Shown one piece after another: positions 10,206-19,566 of a stretch of 30,549 nt of DNA. How positions within the stretch are numbered: position 1 is the first letter of the stretch; each line of letters starts with the position of its first letter. Origin of the DNA: Nitrosopumilaceae archaeon (GTDB taxonomy: Archaea > Thermoproteota > Nitrososphaeria > Nitrososphaerales > Nitrosopumilaceae); assembly GCA_052389415.1 (NCBI GenBank), contig JBQTHX010000094.1, positions 1 through 30,549 on the forward strand, read 5' to 3'. The notes beneath the pieces were generated by a model. That model was not told the origin of the DNA. It did no database searches and saw only the letters and a list, made by a program, of their open reading frames with translations. The translations under genes were made by a program, and so were the position numbers.

Positions 10206-11306
10206 CTACTGCACAGTGACTTTGCCTGTCATCCATGGATGAACTTGACAATAATAATCCGTAGTTCCTGGAGAGTCAAACTTGTGTTCAAATGTTTTTC
10301 CTGCTGCAAAAATTCCTGAATCAAATTCTCCTGTTGCACCCACATTTGGATCTCCGCTGGTTACTGTATGTGCTGCGGTGTCATCATTTGACCAAACTAC
10401 GATGGTTCCAGGGGATACAGTAATTTCTGCTGGATCATAGTATATCTGTCCATCACTTGGTGTCATCGCTCCTATTGGAATACTTACTTTGGAAGTAACT
10501 TGTGTAGTCGGCTCTTTTATCACAAGAGTTCCTACCATCAAAGGATGTACTGTACAAAAGTACGAGTATTCTCCAGCTGCAATATCTGCAGTGTCAAGCT
10601 GGTATTTTTTACCAGCATCGATTATACTTGAATCAAATGTTTCTCCAATGTCTGCTTGACTAGTAACTGTGTGCATTACATTATCATTATTTGTCCATTC
10701 TACTACGTCTCCTTTTGAGACAGTTAGTATGTCTGGGAGATAATCAGGATTGTCTGGAACAGAGGCACCCGCCAGTATCTCAACTGGTATTGCATTAACA
10801 ACAGGCGGTTCTTCTACTGGTTGTTCTGTTTCCTCTACTGGAGGCTCTAATGTAAATTGTGCACCTGGGCCTACAAATCCAAGTGTTACAAAGGATGCAA
10901 TCCCAGCCCCCGCTGCGAAGATAAATATCACAGAGATTGGTTTGGCATATTGCGGCACTTTCATGGCTGCATAAGCTATCACTATTGTTGGAATTATTAT
11001 AACAAGTAAGACTCCGGCAAATGTTGGTAAGGTAGTGACCGAAGTCAGTGTAAACGCAGCAGCTCCAAAAGAGCCTGCAATTCCAAAGATAACAAGAGTA
11101 GTAGCTTTGGCTCGGTTGCTTGTAGAGACCCCACCGTTTAGTATTCCAGCTGCTAGAAATATCAGACCAATAAACATTGTAAGTCCTGTCAAGGCATGCA
11201 TTCCGTCTATGAAGGTTTTAGCAATGCCAGCGTACGAGATCACAACGCCTGCTAGTCCTATTGCAGTAAGACCCATTCCAGGCATCATAAGATCCCAGTC
11301 GCTCAT
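10206..11306 (-). CDS. Membrane-bound protein with two plastocyanin-like (type 1 Cu) domains
   Basis: N-terminal multi-TM region from MSDWDLMMPG (ATG 11306), an acidic Pro-rich linker, then two domains with H...CTVHPLM and H...CQVHPWM copper ligands. Confidence 0.9.
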   Translation of the reverse strand: MSDWDLMMPGMGLTAIGLAGVVISYAGIAKTFIDGMHALTGLTMFIGLIFLAAGILNGGVSTSNRAKATTLVIFGIAGSFGAAAFTLTSVTTLPTFAGVLLVIIIPTIVIAYAAMKVPQYAKPISVIFIFAAGAGIASFVTLGFVGPGAQFTLEPPVEETEQPVEEPPVVNAIPVEILAGASVPDNPDYLPDILTVSKGDVVEWTNNDNVMHTVTSQADIGETFDSSIIDAGKKYQLDTADIAAGEYSYFCTVHPLMVGTLVIKEPTTQVTSKVSIPIGAMTPSDGQIYYDPAEITVSPGTIVVWSNDDTAAHTVTSGDPNVGATGEFDSGIFAAGKTFEHKFDSPGTTDYYCQVHPWMTGKVTVQ

Positions 11307-11403
11307 TTGTGGTAGATGCAAGAAGTCAGATAAATAATCCTTTTGAACCAGAAATGGCAAACTTCGAAGAAATTAAATTCCTAACAAAACTGCTAACATA
11401 GAG

Positions 11404-12276
11404 TTGGGATTAAAAGAGATCTTAGAAATTTCAAAGCCTCGGATTGTGATTCTTCTTGTGATTACTGCAGTAACGTCCATGTATGCTGCAAGCAAGCTAA
11501 TTGGCCCCGAGTTAAACAACTGGGGAATGTTGCATATCATAATAGCAGGAGCTCTTGCTTCAGCAGGTTCTAGTGCTCTAAACCATTACTACGACAAGGA
11601 CATCGATCCTCTCATGAAACGCACAAGTACTAGACCCATTCCATCTGGTCGAATGTCTGCAAAAGGCGTTCTAGTTTATGGTTTGGCAGTTAGCGCAGCT
11701 TCAGTCATTTATGCAGGAATCACACTAAATCTTGTTTCTACATTTTTTATCGCATTAGGAATTTTCTTTTACGTTATTGTCTATACTGCATGGCTTAAGA
11801 GAACCAATTCTTCAAATATAGTAATTGGAGGGTTTGCAGGAAGTGCTGCATCCATGGCAGGGTGGTCAGCTGCAACAGGTTCCATGGATTTGCTTGGTGC
11901 ACTTGTTGGAATCCTAGTCTTTGTATGGACTCCATCTCACTTTTGGTGTTTAGCTATGAAGATAAGAGATGATTATGCAGAAGCAAAGGTCCCCATGCTT
12001 CCAGTCTTGATCGGAATGCAAAAGACATCAAATTATATTTTGATAAATACTGCGATCTTGTTGCCGTATTCTCTAATGCTTTATACATTTGGATTAGGTC
12101 TGGTCTATCTAACAATTGCTGCAATCTCTGGCGGGTTGCTGTTTGTATATCATTACAAACTTACAAAAAATCCAACATCAGAATTTGCCTGGAAAGCATA
12201 CAAAGTTACTGCACCTTATCTTACAATAATATTTGTAGCAATAGCTCTTGATGCTGCATTTCATTTTAGAATCTGA
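11404..12276 (+). CDS. cyoE: Protoheme IX farnesyltransferase (heme O synthase)
   Basis: KPRIVILL, NHYYDKDIDPLMKRTSTRPIPSG, YTAWLKR, WTPSHFW and DYAEAKVPMLPV. Confidence 0.95.
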   Translation: MGLKEILEISKPRIVILLVITAVTSMYAASKLIGPELNNWGMLHIIIAGALASAGSSALNHYYDKDIDPLMKRTSTRPIPSGRMSAKGVLVYGLAVSAASVIYAGITLNLVSTFFIALGIFFYVIVYTAWLKRTNSSNIVIGGFAGSAASMAGWSAATGSMDLLGALVGILVFVWTPSHFWCLAMKIRDDYAEAKVPMLPVLIGMQKTSNYILINTAILLPYSLMLYTFGLGLVYLTIAAISGGLLFVYHYKLTKNPTSEFAWKAYKVTAPYLTIIFVAIALDAAFHFRI

Positions 12277-12585
12277 TCAGACTTCTTGATCTTGTTCTAC
12301 GCCAGGGAATCCAGCTTCATAGTCGCGCTCTAGGCTTTCACGATTCTGAGATTCAACCTCGTCCTCTTCTTCTTGTTTTTCTACAACCTCGATTCTGCGT
12401 TCATCCTTTGTTAGCCAGCCTACTTTGACCAGACCGTATATTTCCAAGTCAAGCAAGGTCTTGTTAAACTCGTCTTCAGGAAGAACTATTCCTGCTTTTA
12501 CTAGAACTTTGGAGAGTTCCGAGTCTGTGAGAGACCCAGATTCCTTAATCTTCTCATATACAATATTTTTTATTGGTAGATTCAT
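12277..12585 (-). CDS. Conserved hypothetical protein, winged-helix-like with acidic tail
   Basis: Starts 2 nt after the cdc48 stop. FNKTLLDLEIYGLVKV resembles a wHTH helix and wing. Confidence 0.7.
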   Translation of the reverse strand: MNLPIKNIVYEKIKESGSLTDSELSKVLVKAGIVLPEDEFNKTLLDLEIYGLVKVGWLTKDERRIEVVEKQEEEDEVESQNRESLERDYEAGFPGVEQDQEV

Positions 12586-12587
12586 GT

Positions 12588-14759
12588 TTAGCCGTAAAAT
12601 GTCTTATCGATTGGTTTTGGAATGGCGTATGATATATTCTCTTTTATTGTGCCATACCATTCGTCAACAACTTTGGTAATTGATGGTTTGACAATCTTTA
12701 GTGCAGCGGCAAAGTCTGCGCTACCTATTTTAGAAGCATCGTTTTGCATCGCGTGTACCGCGGATTCTCTGCATATTGCAACTAGATCAGCACCGCTGTA
12801 ATTTTTTGTCGCCACTGCAATCTCTTTTAGATCAACATCATTAGAAAGTGGCATCTGTCTTGTTAAAATTTTAATTATTTCCAGTCTTCCTCTTTCATCT
12901 GGAGCTTGGATGTACAATATTAGATCCAGCCTTCCTGGTCGCAGTAAAGAAGTTTCAATTAAATCCGGTCTGTTTGAAATTCCAACTACCATTACTCTAG
13001 AAGCTCCGCTGTCTTCCATTTCTGTCAAGAGCTGACTAAGGAGTCTCTCGCCAACTCCACCGTCTTCACCTGACTTTGTTCTTGCAAACGAGTCAAGCTC
13101 ATCAAATATTACTATACATGGTGATGATGTCTTGGCCTTTCTAAAGATCTCTCGTACTGCCTTTTCTGATTCTCCCACCCATTTTGACATGACTTCAGGT
13201 CCTCGCACTAAAATCATGTTTGCACCGCTTTCAGTTGCAAGAGCTCGTGCAAGCAAAGTCTTTCCACATCCAGGTGGACCATAAAGCAGTGCACCCTTTG
13301 GCGGTTTGATTCCCATCTTTTGAAACTTTCCAGGTTCTTTTATTGCTGTTATCAAGTTGTCGCGCAGAGTTCTTTTCGCATCATCCAGTCCGCCAACATC
13401 TTTCCACCACACCTTTGGGCTCTCTACATAAAACTCTCTCATCGCAGTTGGAACTATCTCGTGCATCGCATCATGAAAGTCCTGCAAGCTTACTTTCATT
13501 GAATGCAAAATATCAGATGAAATTTTTTCAGTCTCTACATCAATCTCTGGGAAATAGTTTCTAAGCGCTTTCATTGCAGCTTCCCTACAAAGTGATTTAA
13601 TGTCAGCTCCGGTGTATCCATGAAGTTCTGCAGCAAGTGTCTTTAGATCCACATCTTCATCAAGTGGCATTCCTCTTGTGTGGATGTGTAGGATCTCTAG
13701 TCTGCCATCTGCGTTTGGCACAGAGATTTCAATCTCTCTATCAAATCTTCCCGGTCTTCGCAGGGCAGGATCTACACTTTCAGGTCTGTTTGTTGCACCA
13801 AGGACAATTACCTGCCCTCTTTCTGTTAGGCCATCCATCAATGCTAATAGTTGTGCAACCACTCTTTTTTCTACATCACCATATGCTTCTTCTCTTTTTG
13901 GAGCAATGGCATCAATTTCATCTATGAAAATTACACTAGGAGAATTTTCTTTGGCTTCTTTGAAAATGTCACGCAGTCTTGCCTCTGTCTCTCCGTAATA
14001 CTTGTTCATGATTTCTGGTCCGTTTATAGAAAAAAAGTTTGCTTCAGATTCACTTGCAAGTACTTTGGCAATCAAAGTTTTTCCACATCCAGGTGGACCA
14101 TAAAGTAAGATTCCACTGTGCGGCTCTATCCCAAACCTGGAAAAGACTTCGGGGTGTCGTAGTGGAAGCTCCACAATTTCGCGCATTCTCTTTGTTTGCG
14201 CCTTTAGTCCACCAATCTCTTCATATGTAACACGAATTTTTTTCTCGACAGATGTTTCTGATAGTATAGTCAGTACTGTTCCACGTTCAATCTTTACAAC
14301 GCTCTTTGGTGAGATTTTGTGAATCTTAAAGTCCATCGAGTTTCCAAGAATCATAACAGAAATCTCATCTCCTTCAGACAGAGGTAGTCCTTTGAGTCTA
14401 TTTTTTACAAAGTCAGTAAACTCCTTGTCCACTGTGACATTTCCATTCACTGGCATCAATACAACACTTTTTGCAGGTTTTGCAACAATCTTTTTTACAG
14501 TGACTAGATCATTAACTGAAACACCAACATTTTTTCTTGTCTGTCCGTCTATTCGTATCATGTCTGGTTCTTTGTCATCATCATCTGTTGGCCACACTAT
14601 AGCACAGCTTGGCCTTTTCCCCAAAATTTCAACCATGTCACCTGGTTCTACATGAAGAAATTCCATGGCTTCAGGCTCTATTCTTGCTCGCCTTTTTCCT
14701 ACGTCACGTTGTTTTGCTTCTCCCACACGCATCTGCAGTGGTTCTTCTTTTTTTACCAT
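12588..14759 (-). CDS. cdc48: CDC48/VCP family AAA+ ATPase
   Basis: N-domain plus two AAA modules (GPPGCGKT twice; FIDEID and IFDELD; RPGRFDR and RPGRLD). C-terminal FYG fits the HbYX motif. Confidence 0.96.
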   Translation of the reverse strand: MVKKEEPLQMRVGEAKQRDVGKRRARIEPEAMEFLHVEPGDMVEILGKRPSCAIVWPTDDDDKEPDMIRIDGQTRKNVGVSVNDLVTVKKIVAKPAKSVVLMPVNGNVTVDKEFTDFVKNRLKGLPLSEGDEISVMILGNSMDFKIHKISPKSVVKIERGTVLTILSETSVEKKIRVTYEEIGGLKAQTKRMREIVELPLRHPEVFSRFGIEPHSGILLYGPPGCGKTLIAKVLASESEANFFSINGPEIMNKYYGETEARLRDIFKEAKENSPSVIFIDEIDAIAPKREEAYGDVEKRVVAQLLALMDGLTERGQVIVLGATNRPESVDPALRRPGRFDREIEISVPNADGRLEILHIHTRGMPLDEDVDLKTLAAELHGYTGADIKSLCREAAMKALRNYFPEIDVETEKISSDILHSMKVSLQDFHDAMHEIVPTAMREFYVESPKVWWKDVGGLDDAKRTLRDNLITAIKEPGKFQKMGIKPPKGALLYGPPGCGKTLLARALATESGANMILVRGPEVMSKWVGESEKAVREIFRKAKTSSPCIVIFDELDSFARTKSGEDGGVGERLLSQLLTEMEDSGASRVMVVGISNRPDLIETSLLRPGRLDLILYIQAPDERGRLEIIKILTRQMPLSNDVDLKEIAVATKNYSGADLVAICRESAVHAMQNDASKIGSADFAAALKIVKPSITKVVDEWYGTIKENISYAIPKPIDKTFYG

Positions 14760-14767
14760 AATGACAC

Positions 14768-15049
14768 CTACTTTACATCAACAGAGGCTCGACTCATTCC
14801 CAAGACTTCAAACTCTCCTACACCTTCTACCGATCTGACTGCGTTTTCAAGCGAGTCCATCTGTCCTTCCTTATCGTCTAGGGAAAATTCTGCGTTAATA
14901 AAGTAGAGACCAAAAGCTAGTGGCTCTTTTGTGTATTTTGAAAGCTTGATCTCATCCTTTAGTGAAGAGCCGATCATTTTGGCTACACCATCTAGATCTA
15001 TTTCTGTACCTGTAGGAAGAATTTTTGCTTTAAGTAATAATCGCGCCAT
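14768..15049 (-). CDS. ef1b: Translation elongation factor 1-beta
   Basis: [12 protein letters not shown]...[10 protein letters not shown]...[18 protein letters not shown]. The real start is ATG 15049, since the longer ORF overlaps the zinc-ribbon gene. Confidence 0.92.
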   Translation of the reverse strand: MARLLLKAKILPTGTEIDLDGVAKMIGSSLKDEIKLSKYTKEPLAFGLYFINAEFSLDDKEGQMDSLENAVRSVEGVGEFEVLGMSRASVDVK

Positions 15050-15050
15050 T

Positions 15051-15230
15051 TTATGGTCCACTAAATTTACATGAACTGCATTCGTAATTTCGTGCGGCTT
15101 CTCTGCAGCTTTCACATCTCCACAAAAGTACAGATCCACATTCTGGGCAGTTGAATTTAACACATTTATCATTAGGCATTATAGTTCGGTGGCACGAGCT
15201 ACATACTGGTAATGAAATTGATGATGACAT
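15051..15230 (-). CDS. Small zinc-ribbon protein (DUF1610 / HVO_2753-like), 59 aa, not in ORF track
   Basis: [59 protein letters not shown] has four CxxC pairs and a terminal GP. It lies directly upstream of EF-1beta, the usual archaeal context. Confidence 0.9.
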   Translation of the reverse strand: MSSSISLPVCSSCHRTIMPNDKCVKFNCPECGSVLLWRCESCREAARNYECSSCKFSGP

Positions 15231-15285
15231 GTTCAGCTCTGATTAAAAACCGAATTTATACCTTGCTTATTAATTGCACTTTATC

Positions 15286-16425
15286 TCATGTCAAGAGTCG
15301 TCTAAATTCACTTCCCAAAATTGCTTGAACTGTCTTAAGCGATCCCTTTACACCAAGAAGTTTGGCAAGTGAGGCAGTGTGAAAATCAAAAGTTCCTTCT
15401 TTTGAGATCTCCCCTAAGATCTGCGGGGTTACTGATTCAAACATCTTGTCTATTGCTTTGTTGTCTAGTCTTTCCAAGATTTTTCTTGCAAGAAGCATGT
15501 TTTGAAATTCAAGACCAAATTTTTCAGACCAAGCCTTTTGATATTCTAATAGATCAGATTTATTTCCAGATTCTAGATATTTCGATATCGATCTACCAGC
15601 AAGAATACCCCCAAGACCGCACGAGTATATTCCTCCTGCAGTCGTTGGCTTTGACTGTCCTGCAGCATCACCTATTGTGATAGTATTTTCTTCCACAAAA
15701 TTTTCAATTGGACCCTTTATCCATATAGGTGAAAAGATCTTTCGCACCACAGAATGCTTTCCTTTTTGTAAAAGAAAGTTTTCAAGTGCCGCTGCGGTGT
15801 TTATTCCCTTACCTGCAACACCAACCTTTGCAATGTCAGAATGCGTAGGGATAATCCAAGCAAAAAAACCGGGATATTTTTCTTGATCAAAATAAACTTC
15901 GATTCTGTCTTTTTCTATCCAGTCTGCATAAACTTCATACTGGGCAGATTGAAGTATCCCATCTCTGTCTCTTTTAATTAATGAAGAGACGCCACGTGCA
16001 TCAACAATTACCTTGCATGTAAGATCTCCTTCCGATGTCTTTACTTTGTTGCCGTCAGTTTCTTGGACAGATGTTCTAACGTGAATCTCTGCGCCATTGT
16101 TTTTGGCCTGGCGCGCTATCTGTTTGTCAAAGTCTCGTCTGTCTAGTACTACGACTTTTTGTGCCTTGGCATCTAGTGTAAAGCTCTTGCCTGATGGTGA
16201 GATGATGTATGCAGAACCTATTTTGTTTTCTAGAGTTCCTCTCGTTGGTATCACTCCAAGTTCCTCTATTCCTAAAATGCTTACTACACCGCCACAATGT
16301 TCCGGAGTGCCAATCTCATAGTCTTCTTCTAAAACCAAGACCCTGTAACCTTTTTGTGCAATCTCTCTTGCACATAATAGTCCAGATACACTACCACCTG
16401 CGATTATTACATCATAATCCATCAT
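15286..16425 (-). CDS. Geranylgeranyl reductase family FAD-dependent oxidoreductase
   Basis: DVIIAGGSVSG, EHCGG, LDRRDFDK, PGFFAWIIP and IGDAAGQSKPTTAGGI; start probably ATG 16425 or 16422. Confidence 0.88.
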   Translation of the reverse strand: MMDYDVIIAGGSVSGLLCAREIAQKGYRVLVLEEDYEIGTPEHCGGVVSILGIEELGVIPTRGTLENKIGSAYIISPSGKSFTLDAKAQKVVVLDRRDFDKQIARQAKNNGAEIHVRTSVQETDGNKVKTSEGDLTCKVIVDARGVSSLIKRDRDGILQSAQYEVYADWIEKDRIEVYFDQEKYPGFFAWIIPTHSDIAKVGVAGKGINTAAALENFLLQKGKHSVVRKIFSPIWIKGPIENFVEENTITIGDAAGQSKPTTAGGIYSCGLGGILAGRSISKYLESGNKSDLLEYQKAWSEKFGLEFQNMLLARKILERLDNKAIDKMFESVTPQILGEISKEGTFDFHTASLAKLLGVKGSLKTVQAILGSEFRRLLT

Positions 16426-16495
16426 GCTATAATTTGTTAGCAATTATTTATTTCAATTCAAAAGTTTAACATACTCTATTACTTGTAAAGCATTA

Positions 16496-16852
16496 ATGGG
16501 TTTGATCAAACAAGTAATTGTTGTAAGAAAAGATCTTGACATGGGCGCAGGAAAGATTGCTGCTCAAGTCGGACACGCTTGCGTTTTAGGAGCAGAACAT
16601 GTGCGAAAATCAAAACCAGATTGGTACAAGGAATGGATTGTGGCAGGTCAGGAAAAAGTTGTTGTCAAGGTGTCTAGTCTTGAACAACTGGATCAGGTAA
16701 AAAAACATGCAATATCTTTAGATCTTCCTTGGTCAGAGGTGACAGATGCTGGACATACACAAATATCACCAGGTACAGTTACTTGCATTTCAATTGGACC
16801 AGCACCGGAAACAATGGTAGACAAAGTTACAAAAGATCTAAAGCTTTTGTAG
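16496..16852 (+). CDS. pth2: Peptidyl-tRNA hydrolase Pth2
   Basis: KQVIVVRKDLDMGAGKIAAQVGHA, GQEKVVVK and DAGHTQISPGTVTCISIGP. Confidence 0.96.
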   Translation: MGLIKQVIVVRKDLDMGAGKIAAQVGHACVLGAEHVRKSKPDWYKEWIVAGQEKVVVKVSSLEQLDQVKKHAISLDLPWSEVTDAGHTQISPGTVTCISIGPAPETMVDKVTKDLKLL

Positions 16853-16932
16853 AATAAGAGATAAAGGTTTTTAAAACTTGCTATAAAAATGTGGTTTTAA
16901 TCTACAGGTAAGTTAAGATATTATATCAACGG

Positions 16933-17478
16933 GTGAATAAACAACATATGAAAAGTAGATCTCCCAGAATAGCAATTATCACATTTCCATTCTTAGTAAC
17001 AGGATTACTTTTGTTTTTACTCGCTATATCTGGTTTGACCATAATTGATTTTGATTTTGCTTTTAGCAATAAAAACAACCCGTATGGAATCCAAGCTATA
17101 GTAGCTTATTCCCCCGAGGAATCTTCACACATAAAAGAAAAATCAATACAACAACAAGATGTTTTATGGTTCAGATATTATTCTCAAGAACCAATACATC
17201 TATTAGGATATTATATTTGCAATGGGATTTTTTGTTTAAAAAAATTAGATGATGGAAGTTTTAGTCCTACGACACTTGAATTAGCGAACCAACCAAAAAA
17301 ATGGGCTGGATCAACTCTCGGTGATTTACCTTGGAAGATAGGAGATATAGTGAACATAAAAGTGAAAGTGGCACCCGTAATAATTCAAACAGATGAGGGA
17401 GAAGAAAAAATAGTTCCGGATTACGAGAAAGTAATGGTTATAGATTTAGGTAAATTAAAAATAAAGGAAATAAAATAA
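16933..17478 (+). CDS. Hypothetical membrane-anchored protein
   Basis: Basic N-terminus, one hydrophobic helix and a soluble domain with CNGIFC. Start is GTG 16933 or ATG 16948; noticeably AT-rich. Confidence 0.65.
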   Translation: MNKQHMKSRSPRIAIITFPFLVTGLLLFLLAISGLTIIDFDFAFSNKNNPYGIQAIVAYSPEESSHIKEKSIQQQDVLWFRYYSQEPIHLLGYYICNGIFCLKKLDDGSFSPTTLELANQPKKWAGSTLGDLPWKIGDIVNIKVKVAPVIIQTDEGEEKIVPDYEKVMVIDLGKLKIKEIK

Positions 17479-17550
17479 AAAAAAGTTAATACTTTTCTAC
17501 AATATTTTTATCACTTGTACCGTTCACTTATTAAAATAAAAAGGTGGATA

Positions 17551-17566
17551 GTTCCATTGATGGAAC
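17551..17566. terminator. Perfect inverted repeat between convergent genes, possible terminator
   Basis: GTTCCAT-TG-ATGGAAC, followed on the minus strand by TATCCACCTTTTTATTTT, about 10 nt past the stop at 17576. Confidence 0.45.
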
Positions 17567-17575
17567 AATTCGTAT

Positions 17576-19477
17576 TTAGCTGTGGCACTGTGATGCCGTA
17601 TTGTATTTGTATGTAGATTTGTATGCTGGATTAGATCCACCCGGATCAGTTATTGTAGTCCACCAACAAATGTCATCATTTGACTCTGATGGTGCAATAT
17701 TCCCAACTTTGTAGGATTCTGTAGCTGAACTATCTATTGTGTATGAATGTTCAACATACGTTCCAGTAAGCGGTCTAAATATTTGATCCCCTTCCCACCC
17801 TACAGAAGCACTTGATGGACAATGGGTCAAAGATTCCACTGTATCACAAAAGAAGTACTGGTTTGAACTTGTTAATGTTTCACTTGGTGCAGGATTAAAG
17901 ATGTCTGAGTATGCACCACAAGAGCTTGATAAATGACTTGTGCAAGTGCGCATTTTCATACGGGTATCAACTTTACCATCTGACTGGAGTGTATGGTAAA
18001 CATTCAGATCAAATCTCTTTTTGCTGGCAGATCCTATGCTTTTTGACATTTCCGCAGATTCATTTATCTTATAGCAGTGGGAGCCATTTACCCGTGTCCA
18101 TCCTGATGGACAGTAGAATGGGAAGAATCCTTCATCAGTCTGAAGTTGATGTGAGCCTTTGACCATTATCTGACTTGGGGTTTTACAAGTGTACGTGCCA
18201 CTTTGAGTTGTGCAGGTATACGATGAGTAAGTAGTTCCTGCAGGAGCGTACGATTCCGCTATAGCTTGAGACCACATGTAATTTGTTCCAACAGTTTGAC
18301 CACTCAGAAATGCATTGTTCTGAGTCGATTCACCTCTAGAGGCACCTGTACCACCATAGTCCACTCCAAAGAAATCATCTTGAAGAGTGGCAACGTTGAA
18401 TGAAGTGGTAGTACCTGATACTTTGATTCCTTGTGCCCCTTGATCCCAAGTAGCTGCAAATGAGGTTATTGGAGTAACCAATCCCGAGAATACGGTAATT
18501 GTTAAAATTGCAAAAAAGACCTTACGAATTGATTTTTTGTCTACTCTTGAGATTTTATTCACTTTTGCCAGTTGCGATGATCTAACTAGCTCAATTAGTC
18601 CAATTCCTCCTCCGCCTACAACTGATGCCAAAGTGTAGATTCCTAAGTTTTCACCTAAGAATCCACTTTGGATAATTCCATCGTTAGGATTTATTGTTAT
18701 AACTATAGGTTTGCTTATTGAGCCAGACAAAGTCGAGGCAACTATTGTATAATCTCCTGATTCGAAAACATGACTACTTCTGTATATTTTTGTAGCAGTT
18801 TCAAAACCTTCTGGAGGTTCAATTGATTCTATAACCACATCTCTATCATAATATTGAGTTATGTCAATAAGAGAATAAAGAAGCTCGGTTTGCTGCTCTA
18901 GTGTACCACCATCTTCTTCCTGATAAATTAGAAATGCGTCTGAATGTGTGGTAGTTGGCTTTTGATTATCAAATAATCCATTTTTCATTGCTGGAGTTAA
19001 TTTTGCCACTTGATCATCTGACACTTCTACACTCTTTTTTGGTGATATTTCCGCTGATATCACACTTTTCTTATTAATGCCGTTACATGGAAGCTTGCTA
19101 TCAGAATAGGGATTTTCTACGTTCAAATAACTTCCTTTTAACCCCAACAGCTCTTCATACGTATTAATTGATGGATAAGCACCTCGAATGAATGCAATAT
19201 TGAAGTAATTGACTCCACAAGGTCCTTCTAAAGCGGCGGCCTCTGTTTGAGTTTTAGTCAATTTGACAGGAGTATCCAATGTACTTTCACCAATAGCGAT
19301 AATAGTAATCGGTTCTCCCTGTTTGAAGGAAGTTCCACTAGTCTTTACCATTATATTCTCTTGTGATGTAGCTAAGGCATCACTATTAGATGCTACAGCT
19401 AACACAATGATGCTAAGTGTCATTAATGCTAAACTTAGTTGTTTCTTGTCGTTTTTCATTGTCATTGTCATTTCCAT
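17576..19477 (-). CDS. Hypothetical secreted/membrane protein with an internal second signal-like segment and a Cys-rich C-terminal domain
   Basis: Signal peptide MKNDKKQLSLALMTLSIIVLAVASNSDALA, a domain of about 245 aa, a Gly-rich hydrophobic segment, a basic loop, RKVFFAILTITVFSGLVTPITSFA/ATW, then a domain of about 290 aa with 10 Cys. The start is one of ATG 19477/19471/19465/19459. Confidence 0.75.
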   Translation of the reverse strand: MEMTMTMKNDKKQLSLALMTLSIIVLAVASNSDALATSQENIMVKTSGTSFKQGEPITIIAIGESTLDTPVKLTKTQTEAAALEGPCGVNYFNIAFIRGAYPSINTYEELLGLKGSYLNVENPYSDSKLPCNGINKKSVISAEISPKKSVEVSDDQVAKLTPAMKNGLFDNQKPTTTHSDAFLIYQEEDGGTLEQQTELLYSLIDITQYYDRDVVIESIEPPEGFETATKIYRSSHVFESGDYTIVASTLSGSISKPIVITINPNDGIIQSGFLGENLGIYTLASVVGGGGIGLIELVRSSQLAKVNKISRVDKKSIRKVFFAILTITVFSGLVTPITSFAATWDQGAQGIKVSGTTTSFNVATLQDDFFGVDYGGTGASRGESTQNNAFLSGQTVGTNYMWSQAIAESYAPAGTTYSSYTCTTQSGTYTCKTPSQIMVKGSHQLQTDEGFFPFYCPSGWTRVNGSHCYKINESAEMSKSIGSASKKRFDLNVYHTLQSDGKVDTRMKMRTCTSHLSSSCGAYSDIFNPAPSETLTSSNQYFFCDTVESLTHCPSSASVGWEGDQIFRPLTGTYVEHSYTIDSSATESYKVGNIAPSESNDDICWWTTITDPGGSNPAYKSTYKYNTASQCHS

Positions 19478-19485
19478 TCTTGACT

Positions 19486-19494
19486 TTACATATA
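19486..19494 (-). promoter_or_regulatory. Putative TATA-like box of the 17576-19477 gene
   Basis: Minus-strand TATATGTAA about 20-30 nt upstream of ATG 19465/19459. Confidence 0.4.
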
Positions 19495-19505
19495 GGTCTG
19501 TAGGA

Positions 19506-19555
19506 GACAATGTCCGGCATTGACGGACAGTGACCGACAATGTCAGACAAATACA
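19506..19555. repeat. Degenerate 10-bp-period tandem repeat, operator-like
   Basis: GACAATGTCC / GGCATTGACG / GACAGTGACC / GACAATGTCA / GACAAATACA; units 1 and 4 contain the palindrome GACA-A-TGTC. Confidence 0.75.
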
Positions 19556-19566
19556 AACAAATCAAT

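Noticed and set aside
15050-15172. N-terminal extension of EF-1beta in the ORF track
   Set aside because: It overlaps the better-supported 8-Cys zinc-ribbon gene in another frame; EF-1beta starts at 15049.
19506-19555. CRISPR or mini-CRISPR array
   Set aside because: Units are 10 bp, contiguous, have no spacers, and no cas genes are nearby.
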